Origin: a virus
Direction: 5' to 3' (one strand)
Virus record (IMG/VR): IMGVR_UViG_3300046170_000289
Length of the DNA: 64,000 nt
The notes under the pieces were generated by a model, which saw only the letters and a program-made list of their open reading frames with translations, made no database searches and was not told the origin of the DNA. Positions 1 through 8,366 of this stretch are shown piece by piece. Both the position numbers and the translations under genes were made by a program. Each line of letters starts with the position of its first letter. Position 1 is the stretch's first letter.

Positions 1-208
1 TCTGAGTGAAGACAACTTGGAATAACTCCAGGTGTTGACATTCTTTTACTGGGAATCCGAAAACTTCAGGTCTCTGTAAGAAAGTATGACTATGAAAATA
101 GAATGAATCTAACTTATTTTGAGTCCTATACCAAGGGAAAAACTCACCTAACACCGTAGACTTCAGTCTAAGATAATCGGAAGTCTTAGGAACAACTAAC
201 TCTTTCAT
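1..208 (-). CDS. N-terminal part of a hypothetical protein, possibly a 2OG-Fe(II) oxygenase (runs off the window edge)
   Basis: Manually read open frame MKELVVPKTSDYLRLKSTVLGEFFPWYRTQ...HSHTFLQRPE. The FPWY / H-x-FL-x-RP pattern resembles cyanophage oxygenase N-termini; the catalytic part lies outside the window. Confidence 0.45.
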   Translation of the reverse strand, partial: MKELVVPKTSDYLRLKSTVLGEFFPWYRTQNKLDSFYFHSHTFLQRPEVFGFPVKECQHLELFQVVFTQ

Positions 209-216
209 AATAAAAA

Positions 217-798
217 TTAACAATCATTAAATACTGATCCCACTTGTGATCCTAGAGAAGACCCTGCCTTCTGTCCTAACAGCAGTGCCCAACCACCTGC
301 CAACCAACCAACGTAAGGGATGCCAGCGAGAGCAGGCACAGCGACACCAGCAGCGATAGCACTACCTGCCATTGCACCTTGAGATCGTGCTCCAGCGTCC
401 GCGATCAAACACTCTGCGCTTACACCCCCGATCTTTCCCTCTTCACCTATTTCACCCCCTCCGATGTTGCGGGTGCCATCCATAGTATATTGATCACTAC
501 GAAACTCATTACGTTTCTCAGTGCCACCACCAAACATTCCACGCTTCTCCTTGTCGAGAGTCAGAGATCTCTGAGACTCTAGGATAGCAGGGTCGTTTGC
601 TTTGTATTCAATACTATAACCATCCTTACCTGCTTTGATGCTGTAGGATGAGTAGTCACCACGAGGAATGTTGATCGTAGGCACCTGAGGAATCTCAGGT
701 TGCTTCGGCCTGTGGATCACATAACCCAGTAAACCAACGTGTGCGACAGCGAATAGACCGCCAACCGCTGCTGCTGCGATCTTTAGTTTACTATTCAT
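217..798 (-). CDS. Membrane-anchored hypothetical protein with a C-terminal Gly/Ala-rich hydrophobic (glycine-zipper-like) segment
   Basis: N-terminal hydrophobic helix; C-terminal GAMAGSAIAAG...GWLAGGWALLLG. Confidence 0.7.
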   Translation of the reverse strand: MNSKLKIAAAAVGGLFAVAHVGLLGYVIHRPKQPEIPQVPTINIPRGDYSSYSIKAGKDGYSIEYKANDPAILESQRSLTLDKEKRGMFGGGTEKRNEFRSDQYTMDGTRNIGGGEIGEEGKIGGVSAECLIADAGARSQGAMAGSAIAAGVAVPALAGIPYVGWLAGGWALLLGQKAGSSLGSQVGSVFNDC

Positions 799-1028
799 GG
801 GAATGATGGGATAGATGCACCTCCAGTCGCCTTAGGCAACTCAGGTACCGCGTTATCAATCATGCCTGGTAGAGCACCAGCGATTGCTTCTGTTGCTGCT
901 GCAGCAACTTTACCCATGAGAGCAGCAGAAAGTGCATCCTTCTGGGTATACACATACACACCACCACCAACGATGGATGCAGTCCCAAGGAATGAAAGGA
1001 CTGCCATAGCATTAATTAACTTTTGCAT
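795..1028 (-). CDS. Small single-TM hypothetical protein
   Basis: Likely start MQKLINAM at 1028; one hydrophobic helix; overlaps the next gene by 4 nt. Confidence 0.65.
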   Translation of the reverse strand: MQKLINAMAVLSFLGTASIVGGGVYVYTQKDALSAALMGKVAAAATEAIAGALPGMIDNAVPELPKATGGASIPSFP

Positions 1029-1314
1029 TGTTTTCCTCCTGTTTTCCGATTGACGGGGCTTTCTTTGGAGCACTACCATTACCACCACTCTTCGCTGGGC
1101 TGAGTCCGAAGGCAGCTAACGAGCCACTGAAGACTGAGGCTATGAAGGTAGGGTCGAAGTCTAGAATTTTCTGTCCATTAGGTAGTCGGACATAGCTGAA
1201 TGTGAGTAGGGATGCGGACCAGATAAGGACCGTCACCTTCACCAAATTACCAAGTACTTCACTTTTGTCTTCATCACGATCATTCTCAGTTTCAGCAGGT
1301 TTCGTGTCTGCCAT
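1012..1314 (-). CDS. Two-TM hypothetical membrane protein
   Basis: Hydrophobic stretches VKVTVLIWSASLLTFSY and FIASVFSGSLAAFGL. Confidence 0.7.
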   Translation of the reverse strand: MADTKPAETENDRDEDKSEVLGNLVKVTVLIWSASLLTFSYVRLPNGQKILDFDPTFIASVFSGSLAAFGLSPAKSGGNGSAPKKAPSIGKQEENNAKVN

Positions 1315-1320
1315 ATGATC

Positions 1321-1743
1321 TTATACCTCTGCAGGTTGTTTTTTCTTTCCAATATTATATTTGGACTCAAGAGTCCATTCACCTTTGTCCTTGAAGGACA
1401 AAACCTTGATTTGATTTAGGGGAGCAAGCTCTCCTACCTCTTCTTCGCGAGCAATAGCAATCAGACCCCAGTCTGATAACAGTTTTGCAATGCGACTTCT
1501 ACGCTCGATATCATTCGTGGTGATGTTCGTTGGTTTACCATCCAACGCAAACAACTCCTTGAAGTGTACGACGTAATACTTACCACGTTTGTGGAGAATG
1601 TGACAAGACTGATACAGTTTGCGCTCTTTCCTTGACGCAACACCAATACGGGTGAGGGTTTCTCTTACCTTGAGAAAATCGTCGGGTTCTTTAAGCGTCA
1701 CTTCGAGCATCATGTCTTGAGACCATTGGATCTCATCGCTCAT
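1321..1743 (-). CDS. regA: RegA translational repressor
   Basis: DDFLKVRETLTRIGVASRKERKLYQSCHILHKRGKYYVVHFKELFALDG is the RegA signature; T4-like position after gp62. Confidence 0.97.
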   Translation of the reverse strand: MSDEIQWSQDMMLEVTLKEPDDFLKVRETLTRIGVASRKERKLYQSCHILHKRGKYYVVHFKELFALDGKPTNITTNDIERRSRIAKLLSDWGLIAIAREEEVGELAPLNQIKVLSFKDKGEWTLESKYNIGKKKQPAEV

Positions 1744-2132
1744 TTCTTACCTCCAGTATTCAATTTAGATGCAATAATTTTTAGCTGGTCCTGGGTTAGA
1801 ATCTTTAGCGCCGCTTGTGCTTTCTCAGTGTTGTAACCATAGTATTTTTTAACTAGGTCAAGATCACCGTCCTTTATCTTCTTGTCCCACGGGGAAAATC
1901 TCTTGGACTTCCTCACACTATATAGGAAATATTGATATTGTAAGTCACTGTCTAAATTCTGACACGCATTCATCTCATTTGCGTGCATCAACGTGTCGAT
2001 GTGGTGCATCATACACTTGTTGATAACGTATGCTGGATACTTCTTCATGGCAATAGGATCCTCTGAGAGATCCCCTTGCTTTAGGTTGATACTGTTGAGG
2101 TAATCTTTGAGAGGAATGTCATACTGTTTCAT
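1740..2132 (-). CDS. gp62: Clamp loader small subunit gp62
   Basis: LKDYLNSIN, YPAYVINKCM, KSKRFSPWDKK and YYGYNTEKA motifs; lies before regA. Confidence 0.92.
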   Translation of the reverse strand: MKQYDIPLKDYLNSINLKQGDLSEDPIAMKKYPAYVINKCMMHHIDTLMHANEMNACQNLDSDLQYQYFLYSVRKSKRFSPWDKKIKDGDLDLVKKYYGYNTEKAQAALKILTQDQLKIIASKLNTGGKK

Positions 2133-2964
2133 AGAGGGATGCCAGAGGAGTGGATTCAGTGAAGTTGGTAACTAACAATTCAGTCTTGAGTTTATTATCT
2201 GGACGGTGCTTCATACCATAGGTGATACGAAACTCTTCTTGATTGAAGTCCTTGTATGCTTCTTTCAACTCATCGTCAATGTTATATGTAACCAACCAGT
2301 TGTGAGGACATACCTTACAGTCTTCTACAAACTGAGTGTGATTAAAATTCTTATGCATCTCGGCATTAGTGCCGTAGAGATATGTGTTGATCTTGTATGG
2401 GGGATCTAGGAAGACGAATGTATTACTCAACCCTTCCTCTTGATTCATTACGGTTGCGTAATCTAGGTTAGTGATACGCCAGTGCTGAATGATCTTAGAG
2501 ATACTCTTCAGGTGATTAGCACCACGGGTGGTGAAGTTTTGATTAGATGCTGTCTTAGAGAAGGAAGAGTTTTCAGTCAACCCGCTATAGCTACACTTAT
2601 TAAGAATCCAAAAGAGCACAGCTTGGCGAAAAGTATCTGCGTTGGAAATCTCTGCTTTAGCAGAGACGAATAACTCTTTCGCTTTTTCTTCCGTGCTGTT
2701 TTCGACTTTGATATTGTAGAGAGTATCCGATAACTCATCGCCACGCTCTTGGAGCATCTTCCAAAAACTGTAGAGGTAGACATACTTATCATTAATCCAT
2801 ACAGGAATATCAGGATACTTCTGAGAGAATAGCAGTGCTACACTCCCACCACCCACGAAGGGCTCACGAAATTCATTGATCTCACTTGGGAATTTCTCAA
2901 GCAACATCTTTGCTACCCTTGATTTACCACCAGGATAACGGAGTGGAGTTTTCAAATACTTCAT
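2119..2964 (-). CDS. dam: DNA adenine (N6) methyltransferase, Dam/D12 class
   Basis: PLRYPGGKS, EPFVGGGSV and catalytic FLDPPY motifs. Confidence 0.92.
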   Translation of the reverse strand: MKYLKTPLRYPGGKSRVAKMLLEKFPSEINEFREPFVGGGSVALLFSQKYPDIPVWINDKYVYLYSFWKMLQERGDELSDTLYNIKVENSTEEKAKELFVSAKAEISNADTFRQAVLFWILNKCSYSGLTENSSFSKTASNQNFTTRGANHLKSISKIIQHWRITNLDYATVMNQEEGLSNTFVFLDPPYKINTYLYGTNAEMHKNFNHTQFVEDCKVCPHNWLVTYNIDDELKEAYKDFNQEEFRITYGMKHRPDNKLKTELLVTNFTESTPLASLYETV

Positions 2965-3605
2965 TGTATAGAGACGTGTAGTTGTGGCATATCAAATGGA
3001 CCAATATTCACCTTACCACATGGGAATACGTTGAATGAAATAGTCCAACGGTCATAGTTTTCTAGTTGACGACCTGAGTAGTGTCGTAACCAGGAGGGAA
3101 AGAGAATAAGTTTATTCTCCTCTGCAATTAATTTTTCATTGATACCAGAATCTCTCTCCATCATATCACCTTGGAAGACATCTAGTGTATCAGATGTGCG
3201 AGGTGTTACAGGATCCTCAAAGAAGGTAGGAGCACCAGGAGTGAGGTAATAGACAGCACTCAGATAGGACATTGGATGCCTGTGTAAGGGGTGCCCATAC
3301 CCACTTCCAGCAGGTGCATGGTTAAACCACATAGAAGAGATCTCTAGACCGTCACAGTATAGTTTGTAGGCATACCTATACTCTGCCAGACAGTCCCAGA
3401 AGAATTGCCTCAACTCTGTGATAGGACCCTCTTCTACCTTATGTAGATCAGGACGTGATGTGATGACACCTTCAGGAAAGTTAGACTGCTGTGCAGGATA
3501 ACCCTCCATGGATTCAATCACACGTTGGTTAAGAGTCTTATCTGGTTGTTGATATGTCCTGCACACGACAGGAAACATATGTAATTCAGTCCCTTGCATA
3601 GTCAC
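2961..3605 (-). CDS. 2OG-Fe(II) oxygenase (TIGR02466-like)
   Basis: HRHPMSYLSAVYY, LFPSWLRH and RWTISFN motifs. Confidence 0.85.
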   Translation of the reverse strand: MTMQGTELHMFPVVCRTYQQPDKTLNQRVIESMEGYPAQQSNFPEGVITSRPDLHKVEEGPITELRQFFWDCLAEYRYAYKLYCDGLEISSMWFNHAPAGSGYGHPLHRHPMSYLSAVYYLTPGAPTFFEDPVTPRTSDTLDVFQGDMMERDSGINEKLIAEENKLILFPSWLRHYSGRQLENYDRWTISFNVFPCGKVNIGPFDMPQLHVSIQ

Positions 3606-4251
3606 TAAGTTTCAACGGTCCAAGATCATCATTCCATGATTCCACTTTAACTTTACTCATGGGTTTACCAAACCCACCACTGTTAATTCCACCATCAGGA
3701 TAGGTGTTGAAGGCAATAGAATACCTATCAACGTCATCACGGTTGGGTAGACTAGCATGAATCATGTAACTAGGAAATACAATCAACCCACCTGGACCAC
3801 CATGGAATGCCAACTCTTGAGCGATGTTGCCATCTAGGTGGAAAGATGCCCACTCCCTCTGGAAGAGGGGGTCAACAAAGATTGTAGGAGCACCTTTAGT
3901 GAGGTAGAAGATACCACTCAGATAAGACATAGGATGTCTGTGAGCGTCATGGTGATGACCAGATTCTGCTAGAGATTTGTTTGCCCATGCTTTGTTGACT
4001 GCAAGACGATCACAATCGTAACCAGAATCAAAGTGTACAGTGTCTATACACTCTTGAAACCACGCCATGAGTGGTTTGAATACTTCCCTACGATGAATGT
4101 CATCGCTTGTCTTAACACCTGTAGGTTCGTTGTACGCTTTATACTCCAGATCTTTTACAAGACCCAGAGTAGTATCAACTAGAAATTGATCACAACGAAA
4201 CTCATAACACTGGATGGGAAAGAAGTTATGTTGCTCGTAGTTTTGTCTCAC
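3586..4251 (-). CDS. 2OG-Fe(II) oxygenase (TIGR02466-like), tandem paralog
   Basis: HRHPMSYLSGIFY, VFPSYMIH and RYSIAFN motifs. Confidence 0.85.
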   Translation of the reverse strand: MRQNYEQHNFFPIQCYEFRCDQFLVDTTLGLVKDLEYKAYNEPTGVKTSDDIHRREVFKPLMAWFQECIDTVHFDSGYDCDRLAVNKAWANKSLAESGHHHDAHRHPMSYLSGIFYLTKGAPTIFVDPLFQREWASFHLDGNIAQELAFHGGPGGLIVFPSYMIHASLPNRDDVDRYSIAFNTYPDGGINSGGFGKPMSKVKVESWNDDLGPLKLSDYARD

Positions 4252-4448
4252 ATGTAGCCCTCATATGGATTTGGTTTGACTTCAAGCATCACACCGTTAA
4301 CCTTATTAATTAGGTCTTCCAAAGAGTAATGCAACTTACGGTATCCACTACCAACATAGATCTGACCTAGCAGCACAGAGACAGTAGCAACTCCCCAGAA
4401 GACATAATAAAATTTGGACTTAACTTGTGCTCTCCTTTTCTCAATCAT
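4248..4448 (-). CDS. Small single-TM hypothetical protein
   Basis: FYYVFWGVATVSVLLGQIYVG helix; 4-nt overlaps on both sides. Confidence 0.65.
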   Translation of the reverse strand: MIEKRRAQVKSKFYYVFWGVATVSVLLGQIYVGSGYRKLHYSLEDLINKVNGVMLEVKPNPYEGYM

Positions 4449-4735
4449 AGCACCAACTTCTTGTTAGGGGTTTCAATGATACTAAACATTTGCTCAAACT
4501 GTTTTACGATATCCTCTTGAGTGTCAAGAGGACCGAAGACAATGTAGTCTTTGGGGACAGTTACAGGTGCATTACGTCCATTTAGGAGTGGTGCCCATGG
4601 AGCAAACCCAAGTCTGCCTTCCCCACTAGGGATAGCGACAATAGGATTACAGAAGGTGAGACTATCTTCAGTCTCTTCGATCAGGTCTGCAACGACATCT
4701 TCGCCAGACCGCATACGGATTAGTTTTACATTCAT
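4445..4735 (-). CDS. Hypothetical protein, possible Sm-like fold
   Basis: VKLIRMRSGEDVVA start; follows gp44, as in T4-like phages. Confidence 0.65.
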   Translation of the reverse strand: MNVKLIRMRSGEDVVADLIEETEDSLTFCNPIVAIPSGEGRLGFAPWAPLLNGRNAPVTVPKDYIVFGPLDTQEDIVKQFEQMFSIIETPNKKLVL

Positions 4736-5679
4736 TTGAATTCACATCTCATCATTAACTCAGTCAGGAATGCCACCATGTTGATCTCTTGGTCAACAAC
4801 GAAAGCAGACTTATACTGATACTCAGAGATGACCAGCACTGCTTCAGGAATGGACTTTGGTTGGACATGGTTGTAGAGGTTGTCATAGATCTTTCGCATA
4901 ATAGAAATAGGCTCGTTGTCCATATTCTGAGTCACCCACTTCTTCATGTTGGTAAACTCTTTGGCGCGAATATATCCTACGAGGTTGGTAATGTTGATGT
5001 CATTAGAGACACCAAGGATACCTGTATCAATCTTCCCAGAAGAAGAATACCGTTGCAACTCATTGAGTGTGCGACGGAAGTCAGGGAAGTGTTTCTGGAC
5101 TACCTCAGCGACAACCTTTGGCTCATAGTTGACGCCTTCACTATCTAGGATAGTTTTAACACGGTTGAAGAATGCTCCTGCTAGTGCTTGCTTCTCCTTA
5201 CCCTTGAGTGCGAAGTCAACAACGGAGCACCGTGAGTGCAGAGGAGAGATGATCTTATTCTTGTAGTTACAAGTAAAGATGAATCTACAATTCTTTTGAA
5301 ACTCCTCAATGCAAGCACGAAGAAGCATCTGCACATCAGGTGTGGTGTTATCTGCCTCATCAATAATGATGACCTTATGCTTAGCAGTAGAGGTCAAAGA
5401 GACTGTAGAGGCATACACTTTTGCCTGGTTACGTACGGTATCGAGGAAACGACCTTCGTCAGATCCGTTGATAACCAGACAGTCTGCACCTAACTCCTTA
5501 CACAGTGCCTTAGCGATAGTGGTTTTACCAACACCAGCAGACCCTGAGAGTAAGAGATTAGGGATCTCACCCTGATCCAGAAAACCTTGAAAGATTTCCT
5601 TGGTGTTTCCTGGTAGAATGCACTCCTCAATAGTCTGAGGACGATACTTTTCTACCCAGAGAAACAGTTTGTTTTGCAT
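4732..5679 (-). CDS. gp44: Clamp loader large subunit gp44 (AAA+)
   Basis: LWVEKYRP, Walker A GSAGVGKT, DEAD, and the SRC motif (LHSRC). Confidence 0.97.
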   Translation of the reverse strand: MQNKLFLWVEKYRPQTIEECILPGNTKEIFQGFLDQGEIPNLLLSGSAGVGKTTIAKALCKELGADCLVINGSDEGRFLDTVRNQAKVYASTVSLTSTAKHKVIIIDEADNTTPDVQMLLRACIEEFQKNCRFIFTCNYKNKIISPLHSRCSVVDFALKGKEKQALAGAFFNRVKTILDSEGVNYEPKVVAEVVQKHFPDFRRTLNELQRYSSSGKIDTGILGVSNDINITNLVGYIRAKEFTNMKKWVTQNMDNEPISIMRKIYDNLYNHVQPKSIPEAVLVISEYQYKSAFVVDQEINMVAFLTELMMRCEFK

Positions 5680-5681
5680 AA

Positions 5682-6398
5682 TCAGGGCTCGAGTGCGATG
5701 AAGTAGTTGAGTGAGGAGTTGGAGAGACTAGAGAAGTTAGCAATGTTGCGTCGTGAGAGACACACATGGTAACTACCAGGAAGGAGTTTGAGATTCTCAA
5801 CCTTGAAACAGTAGCAGAATGTCATACGCTCAACTGTCATCTTACCTGGGTCACTAAAGGTTACTTTCTTCAGTGGCAGGGAGAAGACATTAGAGGTGTC
5901 ATTCTTCTTGTCCTTCACACAGATACTATACTCACCTTCATATCCATAGATGCAGAGGTCTTCCACACCATAGACTTTAGATGCCTGCATCAGTTGCTCC
6001 AGGTCCTGCTGTGGCAGGTCAAAGAACAATTCAGGATCAGGGAGATCAGGATTAAACTCAGGGACTCTACCGATGATCTCAGGGTCACTGTAGTAGAAGG
6101 TAGTCTTACCCTTAGTGTCCTCATCATAGATCACAACCTTCTTGTTATCAGGGAAGAAGAGAGTGGGAGATTTGAAGAGGGACAGGGCACCGAGGAAGAG
6201 TGGCAGGTCATAGATTGCCATCTGCTCAGGAAATCCTTCACGGATGTCGCTTGCAGCGATGATATTCTTATTAACTGACATCGTTTCTACAAACTTACCA
6301 GGATCAATAAGAATAGACTTGTTGATAGCACTGAAATTGCGGAGCAAATCAATGGTTTGCTTGCTCAATTTAACAGTTTGTCTTGCTTCGGGTTGCAT
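5682..6398 (-). CDS. gp45: Sliding clamp gp45 (fused in the ORF track to the upstream gene)
   Basis: KLSKQTIDLLRNFSAINKSI...YDLPLFL...FKVENLKLLPGSY...YFIALEP; has its own ATG at 6398. Confidence 0.92.
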   Translation of the reverse strand: MQPEARQTVKLSKQTIDLLRNFSAINKSILIDPGKFVETMSVNKNIIAASDIREGFPEQMAIYDLPLFLGALSLFKSPTLFFPDNKKVVIYDEDTKGKTTFYYSDPEIIGRVPEFNPDLPDPELFFDLPQQDLEQLMQASKVYGVEDLCIYGYEGEYSICVKDKKNDTSNVFSLPLKKVTFSDPGKMTVERMTFCYCFKVENLKLLPGSYHVCLSRRNIANFSSLSNSSLNYFIALEP

Positions 6399-6400
6399 AA

Positions 6401-6692
6401 TTACTGGGGGTAAGTTTCGTTTGATTGCCGACTGGTCACTGAAGTGAATCAGCAACACAGCATAGTGTAGCACTTTCATGAGGTCACGTCTAGCAGTGCC
6501 TTTCTTGTCATAGCGAGAAGCATACTTTAGGATGTTACTCCTGCAGAATGCTTCAGCGTCACCACAAGCATTGATGAGATCAAGGGTCTGGACACCTTCA
6601 CCATTACCACTGGAATAGTGCTGCTGATAGGTGGAGCAGATGTAGTCTTTCAACTCCTTGATGATCTCATCTTCGTTATACTTGTTTGCCAT
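6401..6692 (-). CDS. DUF3310-like protein (apparent 1-nt insertion near 6420-6422)
   Basis: HY...QTLDLI...AFCRSNILKYASRYDKKG..RRDLMKVLHYA. Removing one A from the run at 6420-6422 gives ...INETYPQ* ending at 6401. Confidence 0.7.
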
Positions 6693-6714
6693 AATAAACA
6701 GAGATTATCTATAA

Positions 6715-6743
6715 AGGATATCAGAGATTGAGGGGATTGTCAA
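6715..6743 (-). promoter_or_regulatory. sigma70-type promoter for the DUF3310-gp45-gp44 operon
   Basis: TTGACA (6743-6738), 17-nt spacer, TATCCT (6720-6715) preceded by TG; overlaps the MoxR 3' end. Confidence 0.65.
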
Positions 6744-7803
6744 CAGAGATGTCAACGTCAGCATCAATCTTATCATACAATTCGATGAATGATTGCTTGG
6801 TCTCATCATCGAAACGGTTGAGGCACACCTTGATTGCCTTCACACGGTCAGAGAAGATGCTGTAAGCACGGATGATGTGGACAAGACGACGGGTGGAGAT
6901 CACCTCATCGACACCACCATCCTTGAAAGTCTTACGGATGATGTCTGCCCATGCAACTAGATTCTTGATGTAGTCATCGTCGCAGCAATCCAACTCAGAG
7001 CAGTAGTTATTGAGCATCTTGGTCTCAATAGAAGGAGCAGGATAGTCTTGCTCGAAGGTCACAGGGAAACGCTCAAGGAATGCCTCATTGAGCACGTTGG
7101 TGCCGATGAAACGACCGTCATCGCTACCCTTACCCTTGGTGTTAGCAGTGGCAAAGATGTTGAATCCAGGTGCAGGTGTGACCTGACGACCAATCTTCTT
7201 AAGGAAGACACCTTTACCTTCTAGAATTGACTGCAGGCAGAGGATTTTGTTGGATGCGAGATCGATCTCGTCCAGTAGGAGCACTGCTCCACGCTCAAGG
7301 GCTTCAATAACTGGTCCATTGTGCCATACAGTATTGCCATCGACAAGACGGAAACCGCCAATAAGATCGTCTTCATCAGTTTCAACAGTAATGTTTACAC
7401 GGACTAACTCACGTCCGAGTTGGGCACATGCTTGCTCGACTCCAAGCGTTTTGCCGTTTCCAGATAGTCCAGTAATAAAAGTTGGGTAGAAAATCTTGGA
7501 TTTAATAATCTTCTTAAGATCTGTAGCGTTGCCAAAGGGCACATAGTTACCATCCTTAGAGGGAATGAGTGACTCGCTTGCCTTCACGACAGTCTCCAGT
7601 TGCTGACGGACTTCCTGCACAGACAGATTCCACTTGCCGATACCTGACTTGTAATCAAGGAGACGCTTCTTGACAGTTGCGAAGGAGCAAGAGAAGTGCT
7701 CAGCAGCACCAAGCAATTCTGTGGTGCCGACCTGCTCGCCGTGCTTGCTTTGAAGGTAGTCAACGATTTGATCGGTGGTCACAGGGTGTGGTGCGAAAGT
7801 CAT
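6721..7803 (-). CDS. MoxR-family AAA+ ATPase (usually annotated CobS-like)
   Basis: Walker A GLSGNGKT, Walker B LLLDEID, ATANTKG and NEAFLERF motifs; probable start MTFAPH at 7803. Confidence 0.9.
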   Translation of the reverse strand: MTFAPHPVTTDQIVDYLQSKHGEQVGTTELLGAAEHFSCSFATVKKRLLDYKSGIGKWNLSVQEVRQQLETVVKASESLIPSKDGNYVPFGNATDLKKIIKSKIFYPTFITGLSGNGKTLGVEQACAQLGRELVRVNITVETDEDDLIGGFRLVDGNTVWHNGPVIEALERGAVLLLDEIDLASNKILCLQSILEGKGVFLKKIGRQVTPAPGFNIFATANTKGKGSDDGRFIGTNVLNEAFLERFPVTFEQDYPAPSIETKMLNNYCSELDCCDDDYIKNLVAWADIIRKTFKDGGVDEVISTRRLVHIIRAYSIFSDRVKAIKVCLNRFDDETKQSFIELYDKIDADVDISVDNPLNL

Positions 7804-7815
7804 GTGTTTCTTTGT

Positions 7816-7838
7816 TGTGTATACAGTTATTATACACA
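7816..7838 (-). promoter_or_regulatory. -10 box (TATAAT) inside a TGTGTAT-N9-ATACACA inverted repeat upstream of the MoxR gene
   Basis: Read directly; the same architecture occurs at 10489-10511. Confidence 0.6.
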
Positions 7839-8366
7839 GGCTGTGGTCGAGTGGTAGTCCACCCAGGACGGTTTGCGATCTGGCACACGCAGGTAGTTGG
7901 TCGCAACCCACGGTTTACTTGCCACATACCGTTGGTATGCAGTGATTGTGTCTATGTCTTCGTCATACTTCCATTCATCAGGCATAGCACGAGCGAAGGG
8001 AGTGTGGTCATCAGGACAACCATGCTGGTATGTGAGTGCAGCAAGAGTGATTGTCGGTTGACATGCATGTCTTTTACCGTATCTATATGTATACTCCTCA
8101 CACAGAGAAATACCATGCTGCATCAACCATTGGATGTTGTCATCAGACTGTGCCACCCACTTGGTGCAAGGGTGATTACGAAATGCACCCTTCTCGGTAG
8201 CATAAGGGGTCCCATCTTTCTTCAAGACAGGACCCTCATTGAGATACCACTTACTGAATACAATAGCGAGCATCTGACAACACTCTAGTGGCATCTTGAC
8301 GATGTGTTTGTCTGGCAGCATAGTCGCTGCCAAGACAGGATCATCATCTACTGCAAAGATATTCAT
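7830..8366 (-). CDS. Pyrimidine-dimer DNA glycosylase-like / conserved phage protein
   Basis: MNIF...DKHIVKMPLECCQML...NHPCTKW...LCEEYTYRYGKRH...TPFARAMP...AYQRY pattern. Confidence 0.65.
   Translation of the reverse strand: MNIFAVDDDPVLAATMLPDKHIVKMPLECCQMLAIVFSKWYLNEGPVLKKDGTPYATEKGAFRNHPCTKWVAQSDDNIQWLMQHGISLCEEYTYRYGKRHACQPTITLAALTYQHGCPDDHTPFARAMPDEWKYDEDIDTITAYQRYVASKPWVATNYLRVPDRKPSWVDYHSTTACV

Noticed and set aside
35-63. Plus-strand TTGACA at 35-40
   Set aside because: No -10 box at 16-18 nt spacing.
6721-7803. cobS as a cobalamin-biosynthesis AMG
   Set aside because: Motifs and VWA partner fit a generic MoxR system; no cobN or other cob genes are in the window.
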